A DNA stretch of 56,129 nt from a virus. Its lineage: Duplodnaviria; Caudoviricetes. Positions within the stretch are counted from its first letter, which is position 1; every line of letters starts with the position of its first letter. The notes beneath the pieces were generated by a model that was not told where the DNA came from, ran no database searches, and worked only from the letters and a program-made list of their open reading frames with translations. Of this stretch, positions 8,800 through 18,196 are shown in pieces. The translations under genes and the position numbers were made by a program. The DNA is taken from the IMG/VR virus record IMGVR_UViG_3300047439_000002, positions 1-56,129 of that record; one strand, written 5' to 3'.

Positions 8800-9235
8800 A
8801 CCCCTGGGCATAGCCTCGCAACCATGGCACCTTCAACTACCATTAGTCATTTTATAACTAACGCCTTTACCTACCGTTGCACAGGCAAGCCCAAAAGACC
8901 TCTCGAGAAAGCTTCCATCCCCCTCTCAGTCCCAGCAACCTTACGTACCATGCTGGGTTATCCATTCTCTCACGTCCATTAGCTCCATAAGACCTACCGT
9001 TAATAAACCAGCAAACCCCACATAAAGTGAGGGGTTTTTGCTTGGTTTAATTCCCGGTGCGGTCCGCAAACCCAGCGCTTAATAAAGCACACTGACTAAC
9101 GTTAATACAGCGATTAAACCAAGCATACTGCTTTGTTACATTCCGGACATGACCCCACGATAGGCCACCCCCACCCCGTCCACCACGTTCACACCCCCCG
9201 TCAGGCTGCTTTATTTACGCTGTTTTTTCAACCGA
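8800..9235. other. AT-enriched non-coding region with inverted repeat and TGCTGGGTT-like copies; candidate origin or packaging region
   Basis: No convincing ORF; hairpin at 9004-9049; lies directly after the primase-helicase. Confidence 0.5.
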
Positions 9236-11359
9236 TTACCGTCCGTTACTGCGTCGCCTATTTGCAGCCCGCATATCCACGTCCCTCGGTGTCGCACCCT
9301 CCTCGGGCTTGTCATACCCCGCCAGGTAATGCCGCTGGGAAGGCTTCCCCCGCCCACCGGATGCTAGCTTCACCTCAATGAACCCACCGGTTATCGCATC
9401 CTCAATGAACCCCCTAGCCAATCGCTGGCTACACTTGTCCTTGACCAACCGGAACAGCTCGGTCTGGGTGCATCCAGGGTTGTCCTTGACCAACCGGATA
9501 ATGGTCTGCACACCGCCATCGTTCTTGATTTCCTCACGACCCCCGAAGCCAGCAATAGATCGATTAGTCTCAGGATCGAACATGAGGGCAGTTTCATCCA
9601 ACGAGACACCACGGCCTTCCACGCGTAAAGTCCTTACCTGGTCCACCTTGACCATAATCCAGCGGGCATCCGCCCAGTCATCGATAGCGGTAGCACCGCG
9701 CGCTCGTTCCGACCCGGCCTCCATCTCGGCACGGCCGGTGTGAGTGATGAGGAACAACACCTCCACGTCGGCCTGGACCTTGATCTCATCGAGCGCCATC
9801 AGCAGCGACATCACCTCGTCATTGTCCTTCTCGGACACACCGGCCATACGTGCAAGGCGAGCGAATGAGTCGATGGTCCACACCTTGACCGCGCGTGTGG
9901 TAAGCCAATTGACAGCCCAGGCCTTGCCCAGCGGAGTCATGATGTTGAGGTTGTAGCCGCGCAGGTTAGCCACATGCAAGTTGTCCGTGTTCTCGATGCC
10001 CACGGGACGCATGTAGTCATCCATCATCTCGGCAGGGTCCATCTCGCAGTTCCAGTGGCCCACCACCTTCTGGCTGGTTACCTCGAACTTGTCGAGGAAA
10101 GGATTCCCGTCTGCTAGAGACGACGCAATAGACCCGATCGTGAATGCAGTCTTACCCGTCTTGTACTGTGCGGTAAGCACCACGTTGTGACGCGCGCCGA
10201 CCAGCCCCGCGATGAGGTGTGGTACAGGCTGGGGAGGGTTGCTGAGACCGTCTGTAAGCGACCAGGACACATCGTCGGGTGGTCCGACCCACCCCCGCTC
10301 GGCCTCGGCCACATCAGCGGCCCTACGGATGGACCTACGCAGGAGCTCTTTCTTGACACCTTCTTCGATAAGAGATTGTTCCATCTCTTCAAGGGTGACA
10401 TCTTCGAAGACATCCCCGGCGTCCTCTGAGACATCGTCGTCCTCGGCGAGGGCTTTGATATTAGCCCGGTCCCACATCAAGCGCTTGTCTACGTCCTTGT
10501 GGACGTTGTAGCCGTTGTGCTCCTCGGCGTTCTTCTCGACGGCGGCAGGGAACGCATCCATCAGGGTGTGGATCGCGTCATCGTCCAGGCCTCGCTTGTG
10601 GAGCTCACCCGTGATGGCCCACACCGCCTTATGCCGATTCCCGTACTTGGCCTCAGCCTCGGCGCTGGGCATCTGGGCCATGCGGAGGATGCGGGGAGAG
10701 TATGCCCCCACATCGACTACCTTCCAGTCAGTTTCCTCCACGGCATCGATGACCTTAACGTCCCTGAACTCGCGGTGTTTCAGCAACATTGCAACAGCGG
10801 AGGGCTTGCTGTTCCCGCCCTTAACCCGCACCGGAGAGCCAGCCTCAGACTTCCAGTTGGTGGTGCCAGGGAGACGCAGCAGCGAGTTGTCCGCGTGCTT
10901 AGCATCGGCGTAGAGATAGTCCCGCAGTCCACTGTTGAGGCGGTAGTGCTCGGCGACAGGCACAGCCTTGTCTAGTTGCACGTAGACGTGTGAGTTCTCG
11001 CCAGAGCCAGAGGCGACGACGTACGTACCGATCTCAGCGATCCGGCGCTGCACGGCGGCATACTTGTCCTCCGGCACCTTGTCCCAGTCGACATCAGCCC
11101 AGAGCCAGCGTGTGGGCAGGGCGTCGCCCTTGACGCGGTTCTTCCCCTGCCGGAGGGCCGGGCAGACGAAGACATTGGCATCTCGGTGAATGTCAGCCCA
11201 GGCGATGAGCTTGTCCCTATCACCCGGCCACGAGAACTGGGTCTCCTGCCAGGACTCGTCCTTGTCCTTATACGCAGCCGAGACGTGTCCCTCGGCCTTG
11301 CCGTAGAGCTTATTGAGGTACTGCCCGGCAGCCCGCTTATCCACGCTTGATGTCCTCAC
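9236..11359 (-). CDS. DNA primase-helicase (RepB/AEP-type primase plus RepA/AAA_25-type helicase)
   Basis: WADVD, SGSG..HVY and LRLPGTTNWK primase motifs; Walker A AQYKTGKT, Walker B WTIDS, ARGATAI. Confidence 0.88.
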   Translation of the reverse strand: MRTSSVDKRAAGQYLNKLYGKAEGHVSAAYKDKDESWQETQFSWPGDRDKLIAWADIHRDANVFVCPALRQGKNRVKGDALPTRWLWADVDWDKVPEDKYAAVQRRIAEIGTYVVASGSGENSHVYVQLDKAVPVAEHYRLNSGLRDYLYADAKHADNSLLRLPGTTNWKSEAGSPVRVKGGNSKPSAVAMLLKHREFRDVKVIDAVEETDWKVVDVGAYSPRILRMAQMPSAEAEAKYGNRHKAVWAITGELHKRGLDDDAIHTLMDAFPAAVEKNAEEHNGYNVHKDVDKRLMWDRANIKALAEDDDVSEDAGDVFEDVTLEEMEQSLIEEGVKKELLRRSIRRAADVAEAERGWVGPPDDVSWSLTDGLSNPPQPVPHLIAGLVGARHNVVLTAQYKTGKTAFTIGSIASSLADGNPFLDKFEVTSQKVVGHWNCEMDPAEMMDDYMRPVGIENTDNLHVANLRGYNLNIMTPLGKAWAVNWLTTRAVKVWTIDSFARLARMAGVSEKDNDEVMSLLMALDEIKVQADVEVLFLITHTGRAEMEAGSERARGATAIDDWADARWIMVKVDQVRTLRVEGRGVSLDETALMFDPETNRSIAGFGGREEIKNDGGVQTIIRLVKDNPGCTQTELFRLVKDKCSQRLARGFIEDAITGGFIEVKLASGGRGKPSQRHYLAGYDKPEEGATPRDVDMRAANRRRSNGR

Positions 11360-11513
11360 GCACTAGCTCTCTGATCCGAGCCGAGACATTGCCCCGCCCG
11401 TGCTTGTCTTGGAACTGCTCCCACTCGTCCCTGTATACCTGCACGAGCGCAGGCTTGATACGAGGCTCATCCGTATCGGGTATCGTCTCCGCCAAGGGAC
11501 CGCGTCTGCCCAT
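11337..11513 (-). CDS. Ribbon-helix-helix-like DNA-binding protein
   Basis: VQVYRDEWEQF...NVSARIRELVRE. Confidence 0.6.
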   Translation of the reverse strand: MGRRGPLAETIPDTDEPRIKPALVQVYRDEWEQFQDKHGRGNVSARIRELVREDIKRG

Positions 11514-11566
11514 GAGCCCTCCCAAACTCCCATATCAATGTGTGCCGGATCATCATCGCACGTCGT

Positions 11567-11596
11567 TTGCCCGGCTCATCGGAGCCGTGTCAGGAT
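11567..11596 (+). promoter_or_regulatory. Promoter for the replication operon
   Basis: TTGCCC-N18-CAGGAT followed by an ACAACGAC leader and GGAGG. Confidence 0.45.
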
Positions 11597-11626
11597 GCCT
11601 CGTCCAACAACGACATGGAGGAACAC

Positions 11627-11992
11627 ATGACCACACCGCGAGGCTCGAACGTGTTTGACCCGGCCTACCAGGCACTGGTGAAACTGGGCCGATCGGCTAC
11701 CGCTACGGAGGTGGGTGACCAGATCGGACGGTCGGCTACTACCGTGATGAACGCGTTCAGCGCCCACATCCGGAAGGCTCGGTCCGAGCGGGTCGCGCCT
11801 ATGGTGGTGAAGGTGCAGAACGGGGTCTTCGCAGTCAACACCGAGAAGGCACCGGCACCGGATGCCCCGCCGTCCAAGCCCAAAGCCGAGGACGAGATCT
11901 ACGAGCGGATCGCTATCACAGGCAAGGGTACGATCATCGTTCGAGGGTGCGACACTCGCACGATCTACCGCCTGACGGAGATGGATTTCTGA
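11627..11992 (+). CDS. Winged-HTH DNA-binding protein
   Basis: ATATEVGDQIGRSATTV...VVKVQNGVF; GGAGG RBS. Confidence 0.7.
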   Translation: MTTPRGSNVFDPAYQALVKLGRSATATEVGDQIGRSATTVMNAFSAHIRKARSERVAPMVVKVQNGVFAVNTEKAPAPDAPPSKPKAEDEIYERIAITGKGTIIVRGCDTRTIYRLTEMDF

Positions 11993-12555
11993 TGCCGACC
12001 ACACCGCCCCGTATGGCGTACCTCATGGAGGATCCCCTCTTCCGTGCGTACATGAAGCGGGTACCGCCAGCACACAACGCCAATCGGGAGGGCTCCGGCA
12101 ATCCCTGGCAGTTGTGGGTCCAGACCGCAGACCACCGGTGGCTGACCAAGTGCTACCCGTCATACCGGGCGGTGTGGCCCATCTTCGTCAAGCGCTTGCG
12201 ATCCACCGACGATCCCACCGTGACCAGCCGGAGGGTGTTCTATGCACCCCCAGGAGAGTGGTACGACCAGAAAGTCCGTAAGCCGCGCCGACCCACCCCG
12301 GATAATCCCAAGACCTCACAGATCGTTGTGGAGCGTCGATGGAGGCAGACCTTCCATTGGGATGGCTACGACCTGCACTGGTGCGGGCGCTGCCGCCGTC
12401 CGTCGTACTGGATGCCCCTCTTCTCCAATCACCACGCGCTCCGTCGTCAGCCGGTGATCGCCGAGGACGCTAACATGCGCTGCATCATCTGCGGCGTACG
12501 GTGGATCACCCAGCCCAGCATCGAACAGATGGAGAAGATGGAGGCCAAGGGATGA
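11992..12555 (+). CDS. Hypothetical Zn-finger protein
   Basis: CGRC...CIIC. Confidence 0.7.
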   Translation: MPTTPPRMAYLMEDPLFRAYMKRVPPAHNANREGSGNPWQLWVQTADHRWLTKCYPSYRAVWPIFVKRLRSTDDPTVTSRRVFYAPPGEWYDQKVRKPRRPTPDNPKTSQIVVERRWRQTFHWDGYDLHWCGRCRRPSYWMPLFSNHHALRRQPVIAEDANMRCIICGVRWITQPSIEQMEKMEAKG

Positions 12556-12800
12556 GGTTCGGAGACCTGAAGACCGGAGACGTGATGACGCTCGCCGGAG
12601 TGAAAGCGGTGGTGCTTGCCATCACCCATCCTCACCCGCTTAACCCGACATTCAGCCTCATCGTCTGGTGGATCCTCACTGATCACCGACTGTCCTTTGA
12701 CATGCTCTACCCGAATGTAGAGCTGATTCCGGGTAGTGAGGTCCACCAGGATGGGCTGGTGTCGTGGAAGCAAGCCATTGTGGAAGCGAGTCAAACGTGA
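12552..12800 (+). CDS. Hypothetical protein
   Basis: MRFGDLKTGD; ATGA overlap. Confidence 0.65.
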   Translation: MRFGDLKTGDVMTLAGVKAVVLAITHPHPLNPTFSLIVWWILTDHRLSFDMLYPNVELIPGSEVHQDGLVSWKQAIVEASQT

Positions 12801-13072
12801 ACTACATCATCTGGGACTGGCCCTCTGGGCCGAGCGGATACTCCGTTATCGGGGACGCTGCGCATAGTTACCACACCCACTTTCACGCGACCGATCCGCC
12901 TGCCAGCGATTCCCTCACCCGAGACATCCAGTGGGCGGAGGATGACCTATGGGGCGCGCAGTGGACGCCGGTCGGTCGAGATCGGCACCGGGCAGTTAAG
13001 GCGGCGAGGGATAACCTGCGGAGGTTGCGCAAGCTGGAGGTGAAGCGGATCGATGGTAAGCAAGCGATTTGA
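12797..13072 (+). CDS. Hypothetical protein
   Basis: GTGA overlap with the previous stop. Confidence 0.55.
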   Translation: MNYIIWDWPSGPSGYSVIGDAAHSYHTHFHATDPPASDSLTRDIQWAEDDLWGAQWTPVGRDRHRAVKAARDNLRRLRKLEVKRIDGKQAI

Positions 13073-13349
13073 CTGGGGTGATCACGCATGCTCCCGGTGG
13101 TGCAAGGTGCACTTCTGGTGGGACTTCGAACAAGACCAGCACGTCGCGTACCCGCAGCCGGTGTTCTGGCGACAAGAGGGATTGCCCACCTGGGCACGGT
13201 GTCTGGTGTTCATTGGCCCTCCCGCGTACTACCCCAAGAAGCCTAACCCGATTGAGCTCATGGGTATGCGCATGGCCTGCCCTCACGATCCCCCTCAACT
13301 GACATGCAACACGTGCCGGAGGCATCACTTCCATGCGCTACCGATTTAA
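13053..13349 (+). CDS. Hypothetical Cys/His-rich protein
   Basis: GGAGGTGA RBS region; HAC..C..H and CPH..C..C. Confidence 0.55.
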   Translation: MVSKRFDWGDHACSRWCKVHFWWDFEQDQHVAYPQPVFWRQEGLPTWARCLVFIGPPAYYPKKPNPIELMGMRMACPHDPPQLTCNTCRRHHFHALPI

Positions 13350-14865
13350 GACTCGGCCCTTCCGGCACCAGGTAGAAGGCATCCGCTTCGCGTTCCGTCA
13401 GTTCGGGCGGGGACTCGGGGCGGCCCTTCTCTTCGAACCTCGCACCGGGAAGACTAAGACATCGATCGATATCGCATCGATCCTCTACCACAAGTCCAAG
13501 GTCCGGAAGATCTTAGTCATTACTCCGAACCGCGTGCTTGGTACCTGGGTGCGCGAGTTCCACACGCACTGCCCGCTGGTGCATGAGATGGTGGTGTGGG
13601 ACGCCAAGGAACGGCGCAAGGGAGCCATCCGGCAACCGGCCGGACACGCAGACGTGCAGGTGGTGGTGACCAACTTCGAGACGTTCGGCACCCCGGGAAA
13701 GGTGTTGCCCAGCGGACGCCGGAGTAGATCCACGGGTCGCTTCAAGAACCGCGACTACATCATCAAGTGGATTGACGGCGATGAAGCCCTCATCATCGTG
13801 GACGAGAGCCACAAGCTGAAGAACCCATCAGGCAAGGCGTCCAACATGATCGTAGGAATGCGCCGGTTCTTCTCGCACCAACTGATCCTCACCGGTACGC
13901 CGATCACCAAGGCACGACGATCTGCTGACATCTACATGCAGTGGAGATTGATTGCACCGAATCGCTTCTCCGAGTGGGGTGCCACCTATGAAGACTTCCG
14001 ACTCCACACCGGCAAGTGGATCGAGCACAATGGCTTCCCGCAATGGGTTGGTCCTCGGGAGGCTGGTCTCCGTGACCTTCAACGGGGTATCCATCAAGAC
14101 GGGCTGGTTGTCAAGCGAGCCGACTGCTTCGATCTGCCCGACACACTGCCTGATCGCATCGTCGAGGTCAAGCTAACCACCTCGGGCAAGCACTACGATG
14201 AGATGGCCCGAGACATGCTGACCAAGCTGGAGAATGGTGAGATCGCCGAGGCGTCTATCCCCCTCGTCGTAGCCATGCGCCTCGCGCAGATCACCTCCGG
14301 TCACGTTGGTGTGGTCAAGCCTCACCCGACCAACCCGGACAAGACCATCAGCGTACCGATGAAGGTAGGCACGGAGAAGCTGACGGCCTTGAAAGAGCTA
14401 TTGCTCGACGAGGTGATCGAGAAGGAAGAGCCGGTCATCATCGTGGCTCGGTGGAAGCACGACCTGGACGCTATCCAGACGCTCTGTAAGACGTTGAAGA
14501 TACCGGCCTGGTCCATCCGGGGCGGCATGAGTCGCTCGGCCACTGACGACGCTCTGAGACTGTTCAGCCAGCACGCTGGGCAAGCGGCCGCGATGGTGGT
14601 TCAGCCGCAGGCGGGTGGGGTGGGGATCGACATGCGGGCAGCCGGTCACACCATCTGGTACTCTCTCACGGCATCCTACGTGGACTACACCCAGATGCGG
14701 GACCGGAACGCGCTGCACCACAACGCAGTTCAGCACACGTTCCTAATCGTGCCCAGCACGGTAGACCAGTTGTTGTATGAAACGCTTCTCAATGACGGGG
14801 ACGTAGCCAAGACCATTCTCAAACGCCCGGAAGCTATTTTGCGCGGCTCGGCTTCACGCCGATAA
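13333..14865 (+). CDS. SNF2-family (SF2) DNA helicase
   Basis: Q motif PFRHQ, EPRTGKT, DESH, LTGTP, GVGID, Q..DR. Confidence 0.92.
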   Translation: MRYRFKTRPFRHQVEGIRFAFRQFGRGLGAALLFEPRTGKTKTSIDIASILYHKSKVRKILVITPNRVLGTWVREFHTHCPLVHEMVVWDAKERRKGAIRQPAGHADVQVVVTNFETFGTPGKVLPSGRRSRSTGRFKNRDYIIKWIDGDEALIIVDESHKLKNPSGKASNMIVGMRRFFSHQLILTGTPITKARRSADIYMQWRLIAPNRFSEWGATYEDFRLHTGKWIEHNGFPQWVGPREAGLRDLQRGIHQDGLVVKRADCFDLPDTLPDRIVEVKLTTSGKHYDEMARDMLTKLENGEIAEASIPLVVAMRLAQITSGHVGVVKPHPTNPDKTISVPMKVGTEKLTALKELLLDEVIEKEEPVIIVARWKHDLDAIQTLCKTLKIPAWSIRGGMSRSATDDALRLFSQHAGQAAAMVVQPQAGGVGIDMRAAGHTIWYSLTASYVDYTQMRDRNALHHNAVQHTFLIVPSTVDQLLYETLLNDGDVAKTILKRPEAILRGSASRR

Positions 14866-14868
14866 CGT
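14839..14868 (+). promoter_or_regulatory. Promoter for the nucleotide-metabolism cassette
   Basis: TTGCGC-N18-TAACGT, then AACGACGAAAGG leader. Confidence 0.45.
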
Positions 14869-14893
14869 GACCACACCAACGACGAAAGGAAAC

Positions 14894-15109
14894 GTGGTGA
14901 AGCGAGCGACGGCCCTCTTCTTACTTCTCGTGCTATTCATCCTGGGCGGCATCTTCGCCTGGTGGATGGCAGTGGTTAACTGGTGGCACCACGACGATCA
15001 TGCAGCGCTGGGGTGGCTGATGCTGTTCATGGTGCTCAATGCATACCTGACTTCGCAGGGTCCCAAGTGGACCAAGGCCGGACACCGGGCACTGGACCAG
15101 GCCCGATGA
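14894..15109 (+). CDS. Two-TM membrane protein
   Basis: Two hydrophobic helices; AAAGGA RBS. Confidence 0.65.
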   Translation: MVKRATALFLLLVLFILGGIFAWWMAVVNWWHHDDHAALGWLMLFMVLNAYLTSQGPKWTKAGHRALDQAR

Positions 15110-15660
15110 TCACCCAGAGGCGACACGTGATCATCGAGGGCATGGACGGCTCGGGGAAGGATACGCTCATCGCGGACCTTCTCGAACTGATGCCGGAGTT
15201 CGTTGTGCATGAGAGGGCCAGCACGTCCCTCGGCGGACCGGTGTCCAACCTGGCGGAGTGGGTAGTCAAGGACACCCTCGCGATGGAGGATACCCTCCCG
15301 CCGTCCCTCTACAACCGGCACCCGATCATCAGCGAACCGATCTACGCACCCGTCCGTGAGGTGAACCCCGGTCTGCGGGGGGTGTGGGGTAGTCGACCGT
15401 GGGTCCAGACCTACAAGTCGGTCATCGGGCTGCACGCGGTCCTGGTGGTGTGCTCGCCTCCATTCTCTACCATCCAGTCCAATCTGCTCCGGACGAGGGA
15501 CGGGCACATGCCCGGAGTCATCGAGAACATGACGTACCTGCACACCCAGTACTCCACGGTCATGTGGCCTGGCGTGTTGATCCGATATAACTACCGCAAC
15601 GATCGACCCCGTAACCTTGCGCGCACCTTGCGCATGAACCTGAAAGCGAGCCAGGTCTAA
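15106..15660 (+). CDS. Deoxynucleoside monophosphate kinase (thymidylate-kinase-like)
   Basis: IIEGMDGSGKDT P-loop; NRHPIISEPIY matches the DR..S..Y motif. Confidence 0.85.
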   Translation: MITQRRHVIIEGMDGSGKDTLIADLLELMPEFVVHERASTSLGGPVSNLAEWVVKDTLAMEDTLPPSLYNRHPIISEPIYAPVREVNPGLRGVWGSRPWVQTYKSVIGLHAVLVVCSPPFSTIQSNLLRTRDGHMPGVIENMTYLHTQYSTVMWPGVLIRYNYRNDRPRNLARTLRMNLKASQV

Positions 15661-16160
15661 TGCCGATCCCGGTAACCGTGCAGATCACGGTGGACCCCCG
15701 ACTTACCCACATGCTCAAGATGCAGCGTGAGCTTCAGCTCATGTATAACGACGGTAAGTCCATCGAGGACTTCACTGACGAGGAGCGGATGGCAGCCATC
15801 CGAGACAACGTCCTCGCGTGCACCGACGAACTGCACGAGGCATTGGCCGAGTCAGGGTGGAAGCCCTGGGCATCCAGCAACCACCTGAACACGGATGCAT
15901 TCCGCGCGGAACTGGTGGACGCCTGGCACTTCTTCATGAACCTGATGCTGCACAGCGGGATGACCGCTGACGATCTGTACCAGGGCTACGTGACCAAGAA
16001 CCGTAAGAACATCCTCCGCCAGGCCGAAGGCTACGACGGAGTCTCCACGAAGTGCCCCGGCTGCAAGCGTGCCTTCGATGATGACGCCGTCGACTGTATG
16101 CCGGAGACGTTCATGCAGGCCGCTTTCTGCGCCGCACAGATCAACGAGGCCAACGCATGA
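15660..16160 (+). CDS. All-alpha dimeric dUTPase/dCTPase
   Basis: ELHEAL..GWKPW, ELVDAWHF, KN..N..RQ..GY. Confidence 0.88.
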   Translation: MPIPVTVQITVDPRLTHMLKMQRELQLMYNDGKSIEDFTDEERMAAIRDNVLACTDELHEALAESGWKPWASSNHLNTDAFRAELVDAWHFFMNLMLHSGMTADDLYQGYVTKNRKNILRQAEGYDGVSTKCPGCKRAFDDDAVDCMPETFMQAAFCAAQINEANA

Positions 16161-17161
16161 TCAACGCCTACAGCTTCGACAACCCCGTTGAGGCGCACGA
16201 TGCAATGTGCGAGCAGCTCATCTGGGGCAACAACGCGGATGCCTTGTCAGGCAAGCCGGACTACGACTGGTCCCACGGCACGGAGGTGGGACTCCACAAC
16301 GTCAGCATTCACTGCGACACGATCGACTTCGACTACAATCTGAAGAAGCTGTGGGTTCCGGCTTCCCGGTGGACCATGATGGTGCGTCAGTACATCGACC
16401 CAGTTGCCTTGGAGGACAACCTCGCCAAGGTCGAGGAGCGGATGTCCGGGCCGAAGTACGGCGGCAGCCAGGGCCGGGGGATCGCTGTGCTGCGTACGCG
16501 ATTGGTCCAGGGAAAGGGCACCGGTCGCGGTGTGCGCCGTCGCTGGGGCTCGTGCATGCTCAACCTGTCCTTCCGTCGATTGCCCGTCCCCACGGTGACT
16601 CTGAACAGCCGCACTACGTACTTCGGATACCTCGCGCTGGTGGATCTCACAGTCGTGCGTGCGTACGCCGCAGAGTGTGCCCGGATCACCGGCATCCCTC
16701 TACGGCGCATCCAGTTCGTGTGGCACCTGGACCTGGCCCAGTTCCACGGCTTCCGGTCTCTCGCCTGGATGCTGACCGATGACGAGGTCAGGGCCGAGAT
16801 GGATGAGGCATTGCCTCGCCGCCTGGACTACCCTTCCCGGCGCGCACCGGGCAACCAGGTGGGATGGCGCAAGGCCTTGGACGGGTACGCGCGTATCAAG
16901 AAGTCGGACGATGCCGGTACGCTCTACGGGGACGAGTCGTTCTCATCCTTCGCACGCGTCCGGCGGCGCTTCCACACCGAGGTATTCGGCGAGGACTACG
17001 CGGCCCAGTTCGTCGGAGGCACGCGCAATCGGGGCGGTAAGCGGGGGTTCAGTGCGCTGCCCGATCTGATGTCTTCCACGCTGGATCTGTCCCCGCTGCG
17101 CAACACGAGAGGGGATGCTTCCCTGTTCGATGAGGAAGACTTCGACGATGACGAGGACTAA
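16157..17161 (+). CDS. Highly divergent thymidylate-synthase-fold protein
   Basis: SCMLNLSF...NSRTTYFGYLALVD...ECARITG...FVWHLDLAQFH aligns by eye with the TS core (PC..QF..QRSCD.......N...FVWTGGDTHLY). Confidence 0.6.
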   Translation: MINAYSFDNPVEAHDAMCEQLIWGNNADALSGKPDYDWSHGTEVGLHNVSIHCDTIDFDYNLKKLWVPASRWTMMVRQYIDPVALEDNLAKVEERMSGPKYGGSQGRGIAVLRTRLVQGKGTGRGVRRRWGSCMLNLSFRRLPVPTVTLNSRTTYFGYLALVDLTVVRAYAAECARITGIPLRRIQFVWHLDLAQFHGFRSLAWMLTDDEVRAEMDEALPRRLDYPSRRAPGNQVGWRKALDGYARIKKSDDAGTLYGDESFSSFARVRRRFHTEVFGEDYAAQFVGGTRNRGGKRGFSALPDLMSSTLDLSPLRNTRGDASLFDEEDFDDDED

Positions 17162-17363
17162 GAATCACTTCGCCATGATGGGTGGCTTCGACAAGTTCAT
17201 GGCTCGCATGGCGAGGCGATACAGTGAGGTCCGCGATTGCCTGGAAGCTGAGCGATACGAGGAAGCACAACTGCTGCTATCGGATATCGCCATGAGCCAC
17301 GCCCGGACCTCGCTATCACTGCGTAACCTGTTGGTCCGGCAAGGAAGGATTACCGTCAAGTGA
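17148..17363 (+). CDS. Small helical hypothetical protein between the two TS-like genes
   Basis: Overlaps both neighbours. Confidence 0.6.
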   Translation: MTRTKNHFAMMGGFDKFMARMARRYSEVRDCLEAERYEEAQLLLSDIAMSHARTSLSLRNLLVRQGRITVK

Positions 17364-18196
17364 AGGTGTATCTGTTTCCCGAGGGAAAGGCACCGGGTGT
17401 GTACGCTCACCTGATCAGTGACCTTCTCGAATCGCCCACTGTCCACACCGGCGAGTGGCAGGCCATGGACACCCGGAAGTCGCCTGTGCACGTCACTCAC
17501 GAACTCGAAGACGTATCGCTGGTGTGGGAACGGCTGCCGCAGACGGCGGGGGGCATCTACGACATGTTCCCGGCTATCGATGGCGAGTGGGTCGCCGAGC
17601 ACTTCGAAGAGCGGGTGAGCGGCACCCCTCTGAACCCTGCCCCCAGCCACGTCAGATGGCCGTACGCGGTACGCAGCAACGCGGACCACACCAACGGGGA
17701 GCAGTTCGATCACACGTACCCTGAGCGGTTCTGGCCCAAGTACGCCGGGCTGGGCAACGCACCGTGCCCTCCGGTGTTCGAGGGCAACCATCACAAGGGC
17801 ATCCGGTTCTCGTACGGAGACCTGTCCGATGTGGTGGATCTGCTGGTGCGCAGCCCGCTGACGCGTCAGGCGTACCTGCCGGTGTGGTTCCCCGAGGACA
17901 CCGGGGCTGTGGACGGGCAGCGCGTCCCGTGCACGCTGGGCTACCACTTCATGCAGCGGGGTGGTCGACTGTCCTGCCGGTACTACATCCGGTCCTGCGA
18001 TGCGTACCGCCACCTCTCGAACGATGTGTTCCTCGCTGCCGCCCTCACCACCTGGGTGGCTAACCAGGTCACTGCCCGTAGCGATGGGGCTATCCACTTC
18101 AGAGTCGGTGGCCTGGCTATGCATATCTCTTCACTCCACTCGTTCGTAGGGGACACTGCGAAGCTCAACGCTCGCGTAGAGGAAGCAACCCGATGA
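17360..18196 (+). CDS. Thymidylate synthase family protein, probable dCMP-specific (hydroxy)methylase
   Basis: TRQA, RVPCTLGYHF, RSCDAYRHLSND (Asp at the E. coli Asn177 position), SLHSF. Confidence 0.85.
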   Translation: MKVYLFPEGKAPGVYAHLISDLLESPTVHTGEWQAMDTRKSPVHVTHELEDVSLVWERLPQTAGGIYDMFPAIDGEWVAEHFEERVSGTPLNPAPSHVRWPYAVRSNADHTNGEQFDHTYPERFWPKYAGLGNAPCPPVFEGNHHKGIRFSYGDLSDVVDLLVRSPLTRQAYLPVWFPEDTGAVDGQRVPCTLGYHFMQRGGRLSCRYYIRSCDAYRHLSNDVFLAAALTTWVANQVTARSDGAIHFRVGGLAMHISSLHSFVGDTAKLNARVEEATR

